A model generated the notes under the pieces. That model was not told the DNA's origin and did no database searches. It saw only the letters and a list, made by a program, of their open reading frames with translations. A stretch of 63,670 nt of DNA, the filler included, from Bigelowiella natans CCMP2755 (Eukaryota; Protista; Cercozoa), in assembly GCA_000320545.1 (NCBI GenBank). It is 4 parts of 4 records of this genome, joined end to end, with 100 filler letters (N's around TTAATTAATTAA, not from the genome) between each part and the next. Parts side by side here need not be neighbours in the genome. Positions count along the whole stretch, not along the records: positions 1 to 15,111 come from ADNK01002000.1; 3 more parts are not named here. One strand, given 5' to 3'. Of this stretch, positions 1-13,099 are shown in pieces (positions within the stretch are counted from its first letter, which is position 1; every line of letters begins with the position of its first letter). A program made the translations under genes and the position numbers.

Positions 1-327
1 CCATGAAATGAAAAATAAAAAAAATTATGGGGGGGATCAGGGTTTTAAAATAAAAATGGAAAAAAAGTTACTTTAATTGGGTGTGGTGCCCGTTATTGTC
101 TCTCGCTGTTCCAATCCCAAAAAGAATAGATCTTTCTTGGATTTTTCAAGCGAACATTAAGGACTTTATTATAAAACAGGTACATTAATAGATATATATA
201 TATATAAATACATATATATAAAATGTATACATAGAACGTGCATATAAGTGCGTGGGAGCCGAGGAAGAACGAAGGATAAGAAGATCTGTTTGTATCTTGA
301 CCAAAAATTAAAAACTACGTTTTCTCG

Positions 328-1596
328 TTACCCCCAAGCCCCCCCCCCCCCCCCTTCAAATACCTGTGAGACGCCTCTCTTCCCTCCACTACCCCCCTTA
401 GCCGTGTCCCCCTCTTCCTTCTTCACCTCCTCCTCCTCCTTCTTTGCCATAGATGAGGCGGCTGCGGACGTGATACTCGTCGCCTTTGAGAAAGAGGTAA
501 CGGAGAGGGAAAGCTTTGCCTGTAGCCTCAAGACGAAGCCATCAAACATCGCACACAGCGGTAGCAGCAGCAGCCTTCTAAACTGAGGAGGCCAATGCAC
601 CCGAATGCCGTTCACCACCATCGGTGCGGAGGAGAGAGAAGGAGAGCAAGAGGCGGAAGAAGGGGAGGGGGGGCGGGGGGACGTCGGTTTGGCTGGTTGG
701 AGATGTTTGAGCGCCATGCTTGTGGTGGCTGCGCTGTTGCTGGACTCTTCGGTAGCGATGGCGTTGCGGCTACTGTGCTCCCGTCTCTTCAAAGGAGAGC
801 CAGATGAGGAAGAGGACGATGATAAAGAGATAGGGGGCTGCTTTCGTTTTCTCCCCCCCCCTCCTCCCCCCCCTCCGGTTGTCGTGGTGCTGCTACTGCT
901 GGTCGCCGCTCCCTCTTCCACGAGACACGATCTCAGTTTCTTCATGGCATCTTCCATCTCGAAAAAGTTGTCAGAGCATATGCATGAATTGAGAGGAAAA
1001 TCACTATATTTCTCCCCCGCTCAAGACTACGACTACCAACACTCATATCAACCCCCCGCCCCCCCTTTTCTCTCTACTGCGACGACTGTGCGATGTTACA
1101 TGGAAAGCATAAATAATACCCCAATAAGGTTGGCCTTTCTCCCCTCGGCGCAGAGAATGATGAGGCGCACGTACTGTTTGAGGAAATCCGGGGCCCCCGT
1201 CTGCGCCTCTAAGCTAGCTTCCGCTCGTCGAGCAAGTCTAAGGGAGGAAGGGGCAGAGGAGGGGGAAAAGGAGCCATATAGGAGGAGAAGGTGTGCGTGG
1301 CAGGCCTTGATAAGAGCTCGTGTGGACACGTGCGACGATGAGGAGGAGGAGTTCTCTTTCTCAAGAATCTTGGAAAGCTCTGCCAGGATTCCTGATGCCT
1401 GGGCGAAATCCGCGCTCTCCAGATGGCCGACGTACTCGCACAGGGCCTGTACGAGCCCCCCTTTGAGCTTCAGGTTGTGTGCTGTCATAAGCGCAGCCCA
1501 ACTCTCCGCGTGGAATCTCTGCACAACAACGACAACGAATATAAATTTATGCGTATGTATATGTGTGGAAATATATAACTCGGTGTTAATTTGCGG

Positions 1597-1677
<81 letters not shown>

Positions 1678-2169
1678 TCGTTCCCATAATTTGTCCTCCC
1701 CCTCTTTCTCTTTCTTCCCACCTTAGCGTTCCCTGCGACTCGATACGCCAAGGCCCTGGTCATGTTTGCCCGGATGAGGGCCTACCCGGAGTGTTCGAAT
1801 CAGCGCATGATATACCCAAACATCTCACACCATAGACTACCGATCACATATCAATGACCGAAAATCATGTCGATAATTCAAACCCACCAGCTTTCCTAGT
1901 CGTGTGGAAGCGTTCTTATCAGAGGCTTTCGGAACAGCCAAGAAACACAGGAGTGCGTTCTTGTAGTTGCCAGCTCGCAGCAGCCTCTCCCCGCCATCGA
2001 GAAGTGCTTGCGCCACGGCACGTGACATATCCGACCGAGAGGATCTCGACCGAGGGGACGCCTGTATGGAGTGCAGGCTAGAGGGCCTCGCCATCCTGCG
2101 GGTCGGGACTTTCTCGTCCGCCATTCCTGCTTCGATCGGTCGCTGTTCCGCTCTCCACAAATGTACCAC
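328..2169 (-). CDS. TPR/alpha-helical protein, possibly the cohesin loader subunit MAU2/Scc4. Multi-exon; the 3' end probably runs off the left edge.
   Basis: Spliced reading MSRAVAQALLDGGERLLRAGNYKNALLCFLAV...LGKL|ALIRANMTRALAYRVAGNAK|RFHAESWAAL... The N-terminus recalls plant MAU2 (MEAVAEGLWGLA...KCLEAI). IRVHWPPQFRRLLLLPLCAMF recalls the MAU2 HWLP motif. GT-AG junctions keep the frame. Confidence 0.45.
1601..1671. repeat. (CT)n microsatellite, representative of dozens of intronic (TA)n/(CT)n/(CA)n tracts in the window
   Basis: Read directly. Similar tracts occur at about 3873, 5290, 6855, 25525, 37035, 38120, 42570 and 53365, among others. Confidence 0.95.
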
Positions 2170-2678
2170 GTTTTAGTCCAAAATTATCAGATGTTCCCGG
2201 GTATAACATCGATGCCGATGCATCGGGACAAAGTTTCCAACGGAGTTGGCGGGAAACACTACCGCGACACCGCTCTACGGGGGAAAATGCCCCAAAAAAG
2301 CGATCGCCCGGCGACCCAGCGGCTGACTTCAGCATCACATCTCCGAAACCGTAGACAAAACGCCGTCCAACTTTGCTCTACGTCACGGATAAAGGCATTG
2401 TCGCAGGGAAATAAAATTAGGTGATTTTCGTGTGTTTTATCATCCCTTCGAAATTGAACTTGTGCAGCCGGCCTTCGAATGGCTGCGGTGCCCGATGGCG
2501 TCTCCATGCTCCGGAAACACTGCCACGGCTGCGCGGTGTTCACGGGGCTCATCGACCGGAAAACATGCAAGAAAATCGTAGAGTTGGTGCCTGCGCCATT
2601 TCTAACAAATAGCTAACATACGTGCGCTAGGGAGGGAGGGAGGGAGGGAGGGAGGGCAGGAGGGGACGGAAAGAGAGG

Positions 2679-3869
2679 ATGATGATCGATGTCCGTGCAA
2701 AGGCCGAAGAATCTGGATGGCAAGACGACGAGGACACGGTTGACGGCAAGCCAACATTCCAGAATAACTTGAAAGGTAATGCTGCTTCGCCATGATGAGC
2801 AACCCCGTATTCACAACTGGATCTTTCAGATCGGTCACCTGTCGCGTGGCAGCATGTAGAAACGCTCCATAAAGCACGGGTTTTACCATTGCTTCGGTGG
2901 GTAGAATTTTTTGCCTTGTTTGTGCAACGAGCTATACACAATAACCCTTCGCTCGAACATCAAGAATATTGTCGTTGCTACGATCAGTAGTACTACCGTA
3001 GTTCTGCAATCAATTCAGAAGTTGCAAACACCTTCTTTTTTTTTTTCCAATAAAACTAAATAGCTACCACCCTGTTATGACTGCGCCTTCCACAGGAACC
3101 TTTTCCCAGAAGAAGACCTCGAGCTCACGGGACATTTTGTGAGGTTGGCAATCCTAAGCCACGACGCTTTATCCCTCCCTCTCTCAAATCTCACCTCTCT
3201 CTCTACTGAAGGCAATACTCCCCCTCGGCACGGGCCACCCTTATCCCACACCAGGTCTGTACTCATTTCTCATCCAGTCACTCTTTTGTGAAAGGAGTGG
3301 AAAATAGCGAGGAAGAGAAGATCTCGCTCCGAAAAGTCTTCATTGAACCGCCGCAGTTCCTTGTTTCGAACCAGCATGCCGCACCAATGCTATAGCTGAT
3401 TTGCAATGAGTAAGAATCATGCTAAGAGAAGCCGTGTAGCAAGCGTGAACAATAGCAACCACTATTGATGGCAAAGCATGATGATGGAACGTCACATTAC
3501 ATAGGACAAAAGCGTCGCGACCGTGAACATACTCCTCACTCCAAGATCAAAATTCAAAGGTATGAGGGTTTTTTTTAACCCCCCCCCCCCCCCCCCCCCC
3601 CACCTCTACGTTTTGTTGGGGTAGATCCAATCCCACTGACACATCATCAAGATGATGAATATGTTATAAAAAAGCACTTGTGGTGACAAAGATGATGCTG
3701 ATGATATCGACGACGATGTCTTCGGCGTTCATTAGGAGGAGACGTGTTTGTGTTTGACCTTTTGGAATCGAGAGAGATCCAAATCACATCACCGGATTTA
3801 TCAGAGGAATTCGCAAAGCTCAGAAGATTTGGCCTGAAGCCTTAGTGAGCCCCAAGATTATATTATATT

Positions 3870-3907
<38 letters not shown>

Positions 3908-4333
3908 TAAATATGCACTATATTTGTTTATCGCTTTATGTTATTGTCATCGCCAATATTGTTTTCGTTCCACCACCGAGATCATGTGCGATCCCCTCCC
4001 CGCCCCCAAAAAATCATCTCCTCTCTACCCAGTACCCGCGGGAGAGTTCAACTCGGCGATGGCAATGATGAAGAGAACGGCGAGGGCTCTGCTCAAGAGG
4101 GGGAGCGCAGGGGGGGGGAGAGAGATACTACAACCCAGGAAAGTAAGAAGGGTCTTAGCACAAGTGATGCGAGCGCTGAAGCGCGAGTAGCATATCAGCA
4201 AATTCCCTCGGCGATAAGGCGGAGGTGCGTGCATATTACCACAGCTTTGCAAAGTTGCCCCGCGCTTGGATTGCCCCTCCCCCCCACACCAACTTATTAT
4301 CACCACGCAAATGGAACGTTTCCTTCCTTGGAT

Positions 4334-4372
<39 letters not shown>

Positions 4373-5277
4373 AGAGGAGAGAGGGAGAGAAGAATTAGCT
4401 TCACTGGTCGGGCCTAGCCGCCAATACGGTTATTCCGATGCAACGACAAAAAACGATAACAGTCACGACAACAAATGTTGATTCTGATCATATATAATTC
4501 AGGATCGTGTCGTCATTCGATCAAGCCGAAGCAGTCATACATAGGTCGTGGTGCTAAATCGATACATATCACACACTTCCCTGCTCCACCATCCTTTCCT
4601 CTCCCCCTCTCGCCTTCTCGCTCTCCTCCCCCCCCTCCCCCCATACACACGCAGTCTTTCAGTTTCGGTTGCACTCTTGCCCTCTTCTTCTTCTTCTTCT
4701 TCTTCTTCTTCTTCCTCTTATTCTTTCATCTCCCTCCCCCTTTACCCCCCTTCCCTCTTGACCACGCAGAGGCCGCTGCTTCCATGGCATTACGAAGGTG
4801 ACGAACGGAACGCGGCATGTGCTCATTCTCTTCTACTCCAAGAAAAAGCGAGGGAAGGAGCGTAGTCAAACGAAGGCCGGGGAAACTAAGGAGCAGGCGG
4901 AGGAAGAAGAAGAGGAGAATCAAACAGAAAGGGGAAAGGAGGAAGGGGGGGGGGGGGGAGAGGAGGAGGAGGAGGAGGAGGAGCCAGCGAGAAAAATTGA
5001 GTATACTAGGAACGAAGTCCCATTAGCGGCAGCAACTGCGAAGGCTACGACAATGGCGGGTTCTGCGGTATCATCTATTTCCGGTGTTCATCGTGGCCAC
5101 AAAGAAATTCAAGACCTGAAGGTGGGAGCCCCCGTGCAATCGGTGAAAACACGCATCGCTCCCAGCCAGTTCCACGCCGATGTTGCGCGATGCTTAATGA
5201 TGGTGAGGCTGGTGCGGGAGGATCACCCCCGTTCGCCTCTTAGAAGCTGAGTATGTGTGTTTCCGTATTATATATGT

Positions 5278-5340
<63 letters not shown>

Positions 5341-5389
5341 GGCGAATCCTATCGAAGGGTGTGGTATCTTTGGCTTGGTGGCCACATCG

Positions 5390-5421
<32 letters not shown>

Positions 5422-5714
5422 GTCGTCGAGAACAACAGCAGAATCTACAAGTACGACAGCATCGCGACCGTTGTCGTCATTCTCATCGAATATCGAGAAG
5501 AATCAGAAGAGCTTGGTGACGAACACCTACGAGGCGATGATCCTAGTAATTCTTCAATGCAGGAAGGGGGGGGGCGGTTAGGCAGGGGATAGGCGTGTGG
5601 GATGGGAGAGAACGCCGATATGATTAATCTATCACCGTCGCATGCTGCACGATTTGCCACGAGCGACAGTGTTAGCAACTATGGATGGAAGAGACCATGT
5701 CATGTGTATATAGC

Positions 5715-5759
<45 letters not shown>

Positions 5760-6819
5760 CATCCTTAAGCAATTATCTAAGAAAATATTTTTCTTTTCTT
5801 TTTGTTTCTGGAATTTTGGAACTTCGTCCCCCCCCCCCCCCCCCTTCCGTTTCTATACTGTGGTGCGGGTCGCGTCGCCAATGGCTCGTAGGGACCGCCT
5901 GGAAGTGTGTACCAAGGCGGAGCTTTTAACTTGAGGCTTCATCTCCCGATTGGATATCCAATTCACCCGCCAAAGGCATCGTAGACAATAACCATCGTCG
6001 TCGTCGTCGTGGTCGTCATTATCATCATTATCATCATCATCGTTGTCGTTGTCGTGGTCGTCGTCGTTGTCTCTGCAGGTAGTCTTCACGACGAAGATAT
6101 CCCACCCAAGCGTCGATGCAGACGGCAATGTACGGCATTATGGGAAGGCTAAACAACGAATTTTGAATTGCGTTTTGAGCACATGTGTGGGTGTGTGTGT
6201 TTGTGTGTGTAAGAGATGGGGGGGGGGGGTGGGGGGGGTAGGAAGAGGAGGAGTCACAACTGCTTTCCAATACACTTGAAAACATCGCACATATTTACGG
6301 AGCAGAAGCTATACGTGTCGTTGAATGCGGTGGTGTGCTTCAAATAAGGTATGCTTACCAATGCTGGAGGAGAAATGGTCGCCCACCCGCTCGCTACGCA
6401 GCGTGCTGACGGCACTCTTAGAAATGCTGAAGGGTAATGTTGATGGATGGATGGGGTGTGGGGGATGAGTCCAAAATGAAGAAAAAGAAGAAAAAGAAAA
6501 AGAAGAAGAAAAAGAACGGAAACATGTAAAGTAGCTTCGATTGGGACAATCATGCTTCTGAATATGTCTCTCGGTCAGCGCACACCAACAAAAGCCTGAA
6601 TTGAAAAGCGGGAAAATGCAACATAAATCTTAAACTTGCTCCCACGATACGTATTCACTACTATACTCGCTTCAATAATTCGCTTTAAAAGCAGACCCTC
6701 ACAAGTACGGAGATGGAATGGCGACCAAGACGATGAGGGCGATCCAGCTCAAATATCATCCAAATGAATTTGCCAAGACAGCTCGCGAATGGACTCGATC
6801 ACATGCAATGTTCGTCTGA
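2679..6819 (+). CDS. Fusion of a 2OG-Fe(II) dioxygenase (P4H/PLOD-like) and a ubiquitin-conjugating E2 (UBC) domain; 14 exons, 5' end uncertain
   Basis: Exons 2679-2775, 2830-2896, 3096-3143, 3212-3254, 3505-3559, 3736-3844, 4033-4224, 4503-4544, 4770-5121, 5342-5545, 5892-5975, 6079-6129, 6349-6433 and 6695-6819 are phase-consistent. Oxygenase motifs: FVRQY..PHQDKSVATVNILL..FKGG and AVIHRGRCFHGITKVTNGTRHVLILF. E2 motifs: [48 protein letters not shown] and AREWTRSHA. Confidence 0.85.
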
Positions 6820-6853
6820 TGTGATGCTCTCTGTCTAGTTGTGCAGTGTAAAT

Positions 6854-6931
<78 letters not shown>

Positions 6932-7964
6932 ACAAATATAGGCATGTACTTGTACTTGTACTAGCATTTGTTTGCTTTATTTATCCACATGTTACTATTT
7001 TTCTGCGCCAAAAAACGTTTGTACATAAAAATGTACAATATTGAAATCAGTGTGTTCGTGTGTGTGTGACAGAGAGAGAGAGAGAGAGAGCGAGAGGGGG
7101 AGGGGGGGGGGGGGGTTAGCTTCAGTTTTGAATGTAAGTACATCTCCTGATATGAGGTTCGACTTCATTATACTTATTATTGTTTACTATCTCTGTGCAT
7201 ATAGGATGCCAATGGGGTGCATGATCGGCATGAGTCACAAAGCGCTGTCATCAACCGACGATTGCGGAAGACAATGATAACTAGATAAGAGATAGCTAGC
7301 TAGAGAGCCCTGCTGCTCCTGCATGGTGGCGTAATAGTAGACTAGCGTAGCTAGGTAGGCTTGCGACCGATGTTATGCTTTATTAGCAAGTTGTTGCATT
7401 TGCTATTTGACGAGATCTAGAGGTGCATGATGATGATTGCTTACATTAAAGTCGCACTACCATCTGCTCACCATAGCGAGCATGCATGAATACACATTGC
7501 ATGCGCATGTAAACATGTGTGCTATGACACAGCTCTTGTACTTAGCTTGGCTCTATGTAAAATAGCTTTTTGCACACATCTAGACATGTGCACATACCAG
7601 GCTTACTTGCACGTGAAGCTGCTCATGACATGATGCTAGGATGGCATGTGCCACATTTCATCATCTAGTTCACATGTTGCGTGTGCGTGTGCACATGTGT
7701 TTGTGTGTGACATCAAATGATACTGCCCAGATGATGTTGCTGCTTGCGACAACACGATGAAGTGGAGAACACTGTGTTCTCGAATCGAACGAGTACTGTC
7801 TATAGCAACCGGACGAGCGACTCATTTCAGGTTTGATAATTTTTATTCACTATCATTTCCCTATTAGAAGCCTTAACGTCGCAAAACAAAACACTTGTGA
7901 TCAAGACTAATAAGGCACCTCTTGGGAGAAGTATTGTATGCTTTTCAGCCCTGAAAAATAGCAT

Positions 7965-10403
7965 TCAAATAGCCTCCCATTCCTCCTCCTTCTTTTGTCT
8001 CTTCGCTGGGAGCATGGCCTCCATCCTAATACGGTTGGCGGACAGCTGCTGCGCTCTCACCTCCTCTCTGTACGATGGGGTACTACTACTTGAAAGGTTG
8101 AGCAAAGACTCCTCGGATGCAGTGGACTGGTAGTCTTCGTTCTTGCAATCGTAGTCGTAGCTACAGGAACCGCCGATGTAGCTGCTGCTGCTGGGCGCGC
8201 TTATGCCGATGAAATCCTCGATTTGCTGGGGAATATCGAAGTTTTACAGCCCGAACATATAGAGAGGAGAGAGAGAGAGAGAGAAGAAGGAGAGAGAAAA
8301 CTGTTTTATATATTATCTGATATTTTGGAGCTTTTCATTTAAACCCCCCCCCCCCCCCCCCCTTCCCACCCTCCTCTCTCCTCCCAAGAGCCAGAATGGG
8401 GACAATGCTCCTGACTGTTAGAAATACATCGATGACCGAATGGTATATGTTTTATGCTTTTACCTTTCTGAATCCAGGAAAACTCGTTCTAAGGCAATTA
8501 GGGACATCTGTAGTGGTGGTAGTGGTTGGAAAAGGGAAACAAAAACAGGTTCAGAAGGTACCCTACAATTTGACTTGCTACTACAACGTCATCGATCAGC
8601 TCCCCCCGTCACAGTGATCATACTTATGCAGCACACAGCGGGTAATTAGTTGATTACTTCCTCCCATTTTAAGCTGGTAGAGTGTGGCGAGAAGCTTTGG
8701 TAGCTCTTTATCCATGCGATTGTCGTAGTATGATAGAATCGGTATTGAATTGCTAACAGATGCGGCCATAGCTACAGGGCTATTGTCCACCTGAAATTAT
8801 CAGGGAAATATATGGAACCTCCGTATACTTCGCGGTATGTAACACACGCTCATCATTCGCTGTTTTTGGCCGTAGGCATGGCATCACCAGCACTATCCTC
8901 GACATGTCTCTGCCCAACCGACTCAGATCCTTCACGAATGCATACCCATGCGACTGTACGCAGGATTCGCGGAATAGCCTGGGCAACACAAGCCAGCTCA
9001 GTCTTGCATATCGAGCATTGATATGCTTTCTGTGTAAGATATCGTTCGCTGCTCGGTGGTTTCCACACGAGCAGCGCATGTTGGCACTACCTGTGTCTGA
9101 TAAGCTCCCCCATTGGATCTATAAAGTCAAGTGCGGCGTTCGCGTAAATAGGTAATGCAGCGGTGAAGACTACGACCTCAAAATCTTCCGAGGCCTTCTC
9201 CAAGAACGTCCTCACCCCTAATGGAATCGCAAACAGGTATCATAACGTTGCCTATAGATACAGCGAGGCGAGCAATGGGAGGGCAGTTTTGGGTCAGTGA
9301 TTCTACCCGGTCTAAGGTAAACTCGGATGGTTTCATATCTGCCCTGATGCCATACCCTGAGTGCAAAGTCCTCCTTGCTGGATGGTGGTAATTACACAAC
9401 ACAAAGGAACACACGGACAAATTATGAGAGAAGCGAATGTGGACCACTCTCTCGATCGAAGACTGAGGAAGACGCTCAGGCTTGCTTGCCTTGTGACGGT
9501 AGGTCGAAGCTCATACTGGCGAAGACTATTGTTCTTGTCCCCAAATTCGCTGTGGAGGATGGTTTCATCCATGTCGAGAACTGCAATTACAGCAGGGGGA
9601 ATGACATTATTAAAATCTGCCGCATAAAATTTCTCCCGAAGGAGGTTAGGATGGCGAGATCACATATAAATACACAGACGACGTGCTACAAATTTAGAAA
9701 TTATACCGACGCACATCTTGCCTTCGTCCTCCTTGCTTTGTGGAGGAAGTAAGTTCACTTTCCTTTCACTTCTATATTCTGAACGAGTAGTAAGCAGCAA
9801 ACGTGAGACATGTTGAAGCAGCATATACACAAAATGTATGATTCATTTGAGTTGCCTTCGAATAAATTTCGCTAAAACGACGAACCCTCACCGAATGTGC
9901 CACTTGCTATCGATCCGACTGAAAAAGGAGGCAAGGAGATGGGCATGTCAGTACTTATTTCACACGGAAAAATGGGACAGGGCGACTACTTTGGGTTGCT
10001 CCCATTGTTCTTTCCATGCTATAGAGGCCCTCGGGTTCCTCTCTCAGAGCAGCCGTTCGATAACGTTTTGAGACGTCTAAATGATGCACAGCCCAGCTTT
10101 GCGCAAAAAATAACATGCGAACGGCAGGATCTATGCCAAATTTTACCTGAGTCTTTCCTATATCCTTGTCGCAAATATTTTTTGCAAGATTCCGGAAGTC
10201 ACAGCGGGTCGGTTGTGGTCTCCCACTGGTGCACCTGCAGCATTCAGTGCTACATGCAGTACCCTTACTTGAAGGGAGAGCCGTTTCCTACGGAAAAGCA
10301 CGGTATTGGCTTCAAGTTAACGAAATTTGGGATCTGTTCCCTTCCGCAGAAGATACTCAATCTTTCTTGTGTGATGAATTCCCACACTCGAGACAACGGA
10401 CAT
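7965..10403 (-). CDS. NIF/FCP1-like (HAD) small CTD phosphatase, CTDSP/SCP family
   Basis: LPPQSKEDEGKMCV|VLDMDETILHS carries DxDxT at 9561-9575. Also GVRTFLEKASEDFEVVVFTAALPIYANAALDFIDP, RLFRESC..FVKDLSRLGRDMSRIVLV|DNSP and DKELPKLL. The start codon is approximate. Confidence 0.88.
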
Positions 10404-10539
10404 AGTCTTTAGCTAAAATATCGGGCGGTACATTTCGGTAGCATTCGGAAGTCATAAATAAAAGGAACGTCCTATATTTCCCTTAATTTTCCCCTCACAG
10501 CCCCACATATGCAATGAATATCCGACTTGATAAGCCGTG

Positions 10540-12280
10540 ATATCCAGAGATATCCAACCAGGTGTGCTGAACGACGCAGAGACAAGCAATCTCCAATCAC
10601 TCCTTGAAACACAAGAGGGTGAAAAAACCAGATTTATTTCCTTGAAAAAACCGATATTTAATTTAGGTGATTCTCAAGGTATCTTCCCATTACTATCGTC
10701 CGAAGTTGTGCTCCCCAGTGTCCTCCTGAAACGGCGTTGGAGGGAAAGTGTTTCGCCCTGGCAGTGGTTTTACATATGTGCGACAACTGAATTTGTTTGG
10801 CGCCGATTTGAGATCGCCTGGGACATCTAACGTTAATTTTGTTGGTTCCCCCCCCAGTGCAACTGAGGCAGTGGCTCCACCGTGCATGTACGGTTCCCAC
10901 CAATCATCCCTCGGGGGGTGGCATGAAGAAGTGCCTGTGGGGGATTCTGTCATATCTTGTGGGCGGACTGTTCCGCTGGATAGGGGAGATGGGAATGGTT
11001 ACCGGTGCAAGTGGGCACGAAACTTTATGCTTTTGTGGGCCTGGTCACTCTTCCTATTCCTGAATCCGCTCGCTACCTTCCATTATGGAGACGTGAGATG
11101 GATAAGAGGGGATATAGGACAAGATGGGAGGGAATGGATTTCAAACTGGGGTGGTGTGTACCTCCTAGGCTCTCTCGCTGTCTCCACAGTTATCTTCATG
11201 GTAAGGATTATGATGAATTCTCATGATTGCGTGTGTATGATAGCAATTTTTCTCAACCATAATTTGATGGATCAGGTGATTCTGATGATATCTGCTTGCA
11301 TGGGAATCGGACGAATTGTAGAAACCCCTAGTCGCCGCCGGGAACAAGCCCATAACACCCAATCTGCAAGTGTGGGCCCCTCTTCGCAACTCCTACCGAT
11401 GCAAGAAGAGAAAAAAATATTCGACCTGAAACGCGAACTCCCAAAGCTTCTAAACAAAAGATCCAGATCACGTCGTCGCCGTCGAAGGCGAAAACCGTGA
11501 GTACCCCATCTCCCTAGCCAACACTTGATATCGATAACACAGATAGCTTTCGTTGTCTTAACACTTAGGCCTCCTCCACCCCCCGAAGATTTTAAAGCTC
11601 CACAACCCGTGACCGTAATTAAAGAACTTAAAGCCTCCGCACCCAAGATGAGCTCTCAACCAGCCATGGTTCCCCAATCCTCTCGCCCGATGAGACTCCG
11701 AATACCCAACGGCCTCCTGGATGACGAATCACAGTGCACGAGCTACCTCAGCGGTGAGAACCACATAGTCCACCATTTTCAGCTAAATATGTTCCTTGTC
11801 CTAAACATGTCAACATTCTTTGCTTTATTCACGACGCAGAGGATTCTCGGAGCGACATTTTGGTTCCATTCAACTCATCGGCCATGCAGACGCCGTCCGC
11901 GAGCGTGATTGGAAAGGAGAACAGGAACGTCTTCGCTTTTCAGAATGCGGAACAGGTTCCAAGCAGGCTCAAAACTACTACGATTCATTTCACATTCGCT
12001 TCACTCTCTGTTATTTTTTCAATCACAGGTTAACAGTGGGTTGCAGAAACCGCCCTTGAGCACCAGATCATATTGCGGTGCGATCGGAAAAGGCACATGG
12101 CACGGTGGCTCAGCATTAAGTATTAGCGCGAGCGACACCCCACGAAGCTACTCCGGATCAATGGTGATTGGAAAGTCTCGATCTCGGAGACACAAAGCAG
12201 AGGACGCCAATGCTCTCTTCCGACGCCTGAACAGGATGCGGAATCTTGCAATGCTTGGAGGTGGAAGTTTACCTGTGTGA
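10540..12280 (+). CDS. Hypothetical multi-exon protein with N-terminal hydrophobic segments and a basic, low-complexity C-terminus
   Basis: Exons with canonical donors and acceptors: GGVYLLGSLAVSTVIFM|VILMISACMGIG...RRRRRRKP|PPPPEDFKAP...|EDSRSDILVP...|VNSGLQKP...LPV*. No family recognised; the start is uncertain. Confidence 0.5.
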
Positions 12281-12394
12281 TTGCGCTTCTCTGCGCTGTG
12301 GTAAACAACTTGTATCTTGTGTTCGCATAGCATTCATGAAAAAACATGTTGCCTAATTATCATTATATCTGCTATCGCTTGCAGTAAGGAGTGG

Positions 12395-12437
<43 letters not shown>

Positions 12438-13099
12438 CTAGCAAAAGCGCTGCCGATATGCACACGAATATGAAAGCGAATGCACATTCATAGCTCAAAG
12501 TACGAGCGTCTGAAATTTTCAACGTACGGACATGCGCATCGTGTTGCTATATGCTACATAGTGCTCGTCAAAAATTAGCAGAGATGGGATGTACATGATG
12601 TATATCGTGTGCATGATAATACATCATAACCGAATACGCATGCATGCGCTGCAGCGACACGTTATGATGACGCATCAACTACACAGCTATTGTGCATGTC
12701 ATGCACGCATATACGTCTTTGTAAGTCTATGCACGTCGTGAAGTCCATGTTTTTTTTCATTTGTCATTGCTTTTGACGTGACTACGTACCGTGCATGCTC
12801 ACGCGCGCTCGCTTGTGCTTTACTAGATAGTCGACTTGACTATCGACGCAGAGTTCGGTATCAAAAGGGATGTTATTATCTAGATTATCCTTGATCATCC
12901 GTATCAGAATTAAATTTCGATTACGGATCCCGCTGGAATACCTAGATTGTGCACCTTAACCATTTGTCGAGCTCAATCCCACAGTCGGTGTGGCCCTGAA
13001 GTAGCGCACGCAAAGTCAAAATTTCTGGAAACATGTGGGAAATAAATGGTACTTCTGATGGACACTTCTACTGACGTTCATGATATAGTTGTGCTCACA

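Noticed and set aside
605-1726. 373-aa plus-strand ORF
   Set aside because: It is the antisense shadow of the spliced minus-strand gene and runs through microsatellites with no motifs.
5253-5934. ORFs made of YIYIYI, HTHT, LSLS or ERER repeats (many across the window)
   Set aside because: These are translations of intronic dinucleotide microsatellites.
4784-6819. Modelling the E2 as an independent gene only
   Set aside because: The upstream oxygenase frame has no stop before the E2, so the fusion is the simpler model. The E2-only form is kept only as a possible isoform.
10748-11500. 250-aa ORF as a single-exon gene
   Set aside because: It contains clear GT-AG introns that happen to be read through, and is part of the multi-exon hypothetical gene.
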